Both the position numbers and the translations under genes were made by a program. This document shows, piece after piece, positions 63,686 through 64,000 of a DNA stretch of 64,000 nt. The stretch spans positions 80,786,001-80,850,000 of the forward strand of contig NC_092352.1 in the NCBI RefSeq assembly GCF_963676685.1, in the 5' to 3' direction. The stretch's first letter is position 1; each line of letters starts with the position of its first letter. The DNA comes from Mytilus edulis. Its lineage: Eukaryota. The notes beneath the pieces were generated by a model. It had not been told where the DNA came from and searched no databases. It was given only the letters and a program-made list of their open reading frames with translations.

Positions 63686-63786
63686 TAAAATGTTCACAAT
63701 TTAGTTGTGCTACTAACATTTTTTTCCACAAGAGAGTTCAAACTGACATGTCTTCCCTGCCTTACTGATCATTATTTCAGCTTAAT

Positions 63787-63937
63787 CATAGGCGGATTTA
63801 GGGGGGGCCTGGGCCCCCCCTTTTTGGGAAAAAATTTTGTTGCTTATACAGGGAATCACTGAAGCATGACTGGAGCGGGCCCCCTCTTAGGTCAGTCAGT
63901 GGGCCCCCACTTATGAAAATTTCTGGATCCGCCACTG
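63787..63937. mobile_element. hAT-like MITE with 5-bp TSD
   Basis: TTAAT|CATAGGCGGATTTAG ... CTGGATCCGCCACTG|TTAAT. Confidence 0.8.
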
Positions 63938-64000
63938 TTAATAATAAGAATCTTTGAGATCAAGGTTCTACTACATGTATCACAAAACAATACAAAGATC

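Overview
AT-rich eukaryotic (animal) genomic DNA. The repeat content suggests a bivalve, probably a Mytilus-like mussel (inference). Three host genes are present: (1) the last seven coding exons of a KMT2C/D (MLL3/4, trr-like) H3K4 methyltransferase on + (793-10073; FYRN, FYRC, SET, post-SET); (2) a complete three-exon TMEM26-like gene on - (43795-35348, 394 aa), with two decayed tandem paralogous copies downstream of it; (3) a 1098-aa multi-C2H2 zinc-finger ORF on + (54769-58065). Introns and intergenic DNA hold many non-autonomous transposons (3-, 5-, 6-, 9-bp and TTAA target duplications), satellite-carrying Helentron-like elements, minisatellites and retrozyme-like repeats with minimal hammerhead ribozymes. 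The most unusual object is a 2408-bp element in TMEM26 intron 2 (37143-39550). It has DNA-transposon-like ends (TAT...ATA, 6-bp TSD TAAAAG) and ~700-bp inverted arms built from (CGCGAAAA)n hairpins. Its core is an internally deleted, endonuclease-less Penelope-like RT gene, followed by a type III hammerhead ribozyme whose predicted cleavage site (38815/38816) is exactly where the inverted repeat begins. Family assignments are from motif recognition only; no searches were run.
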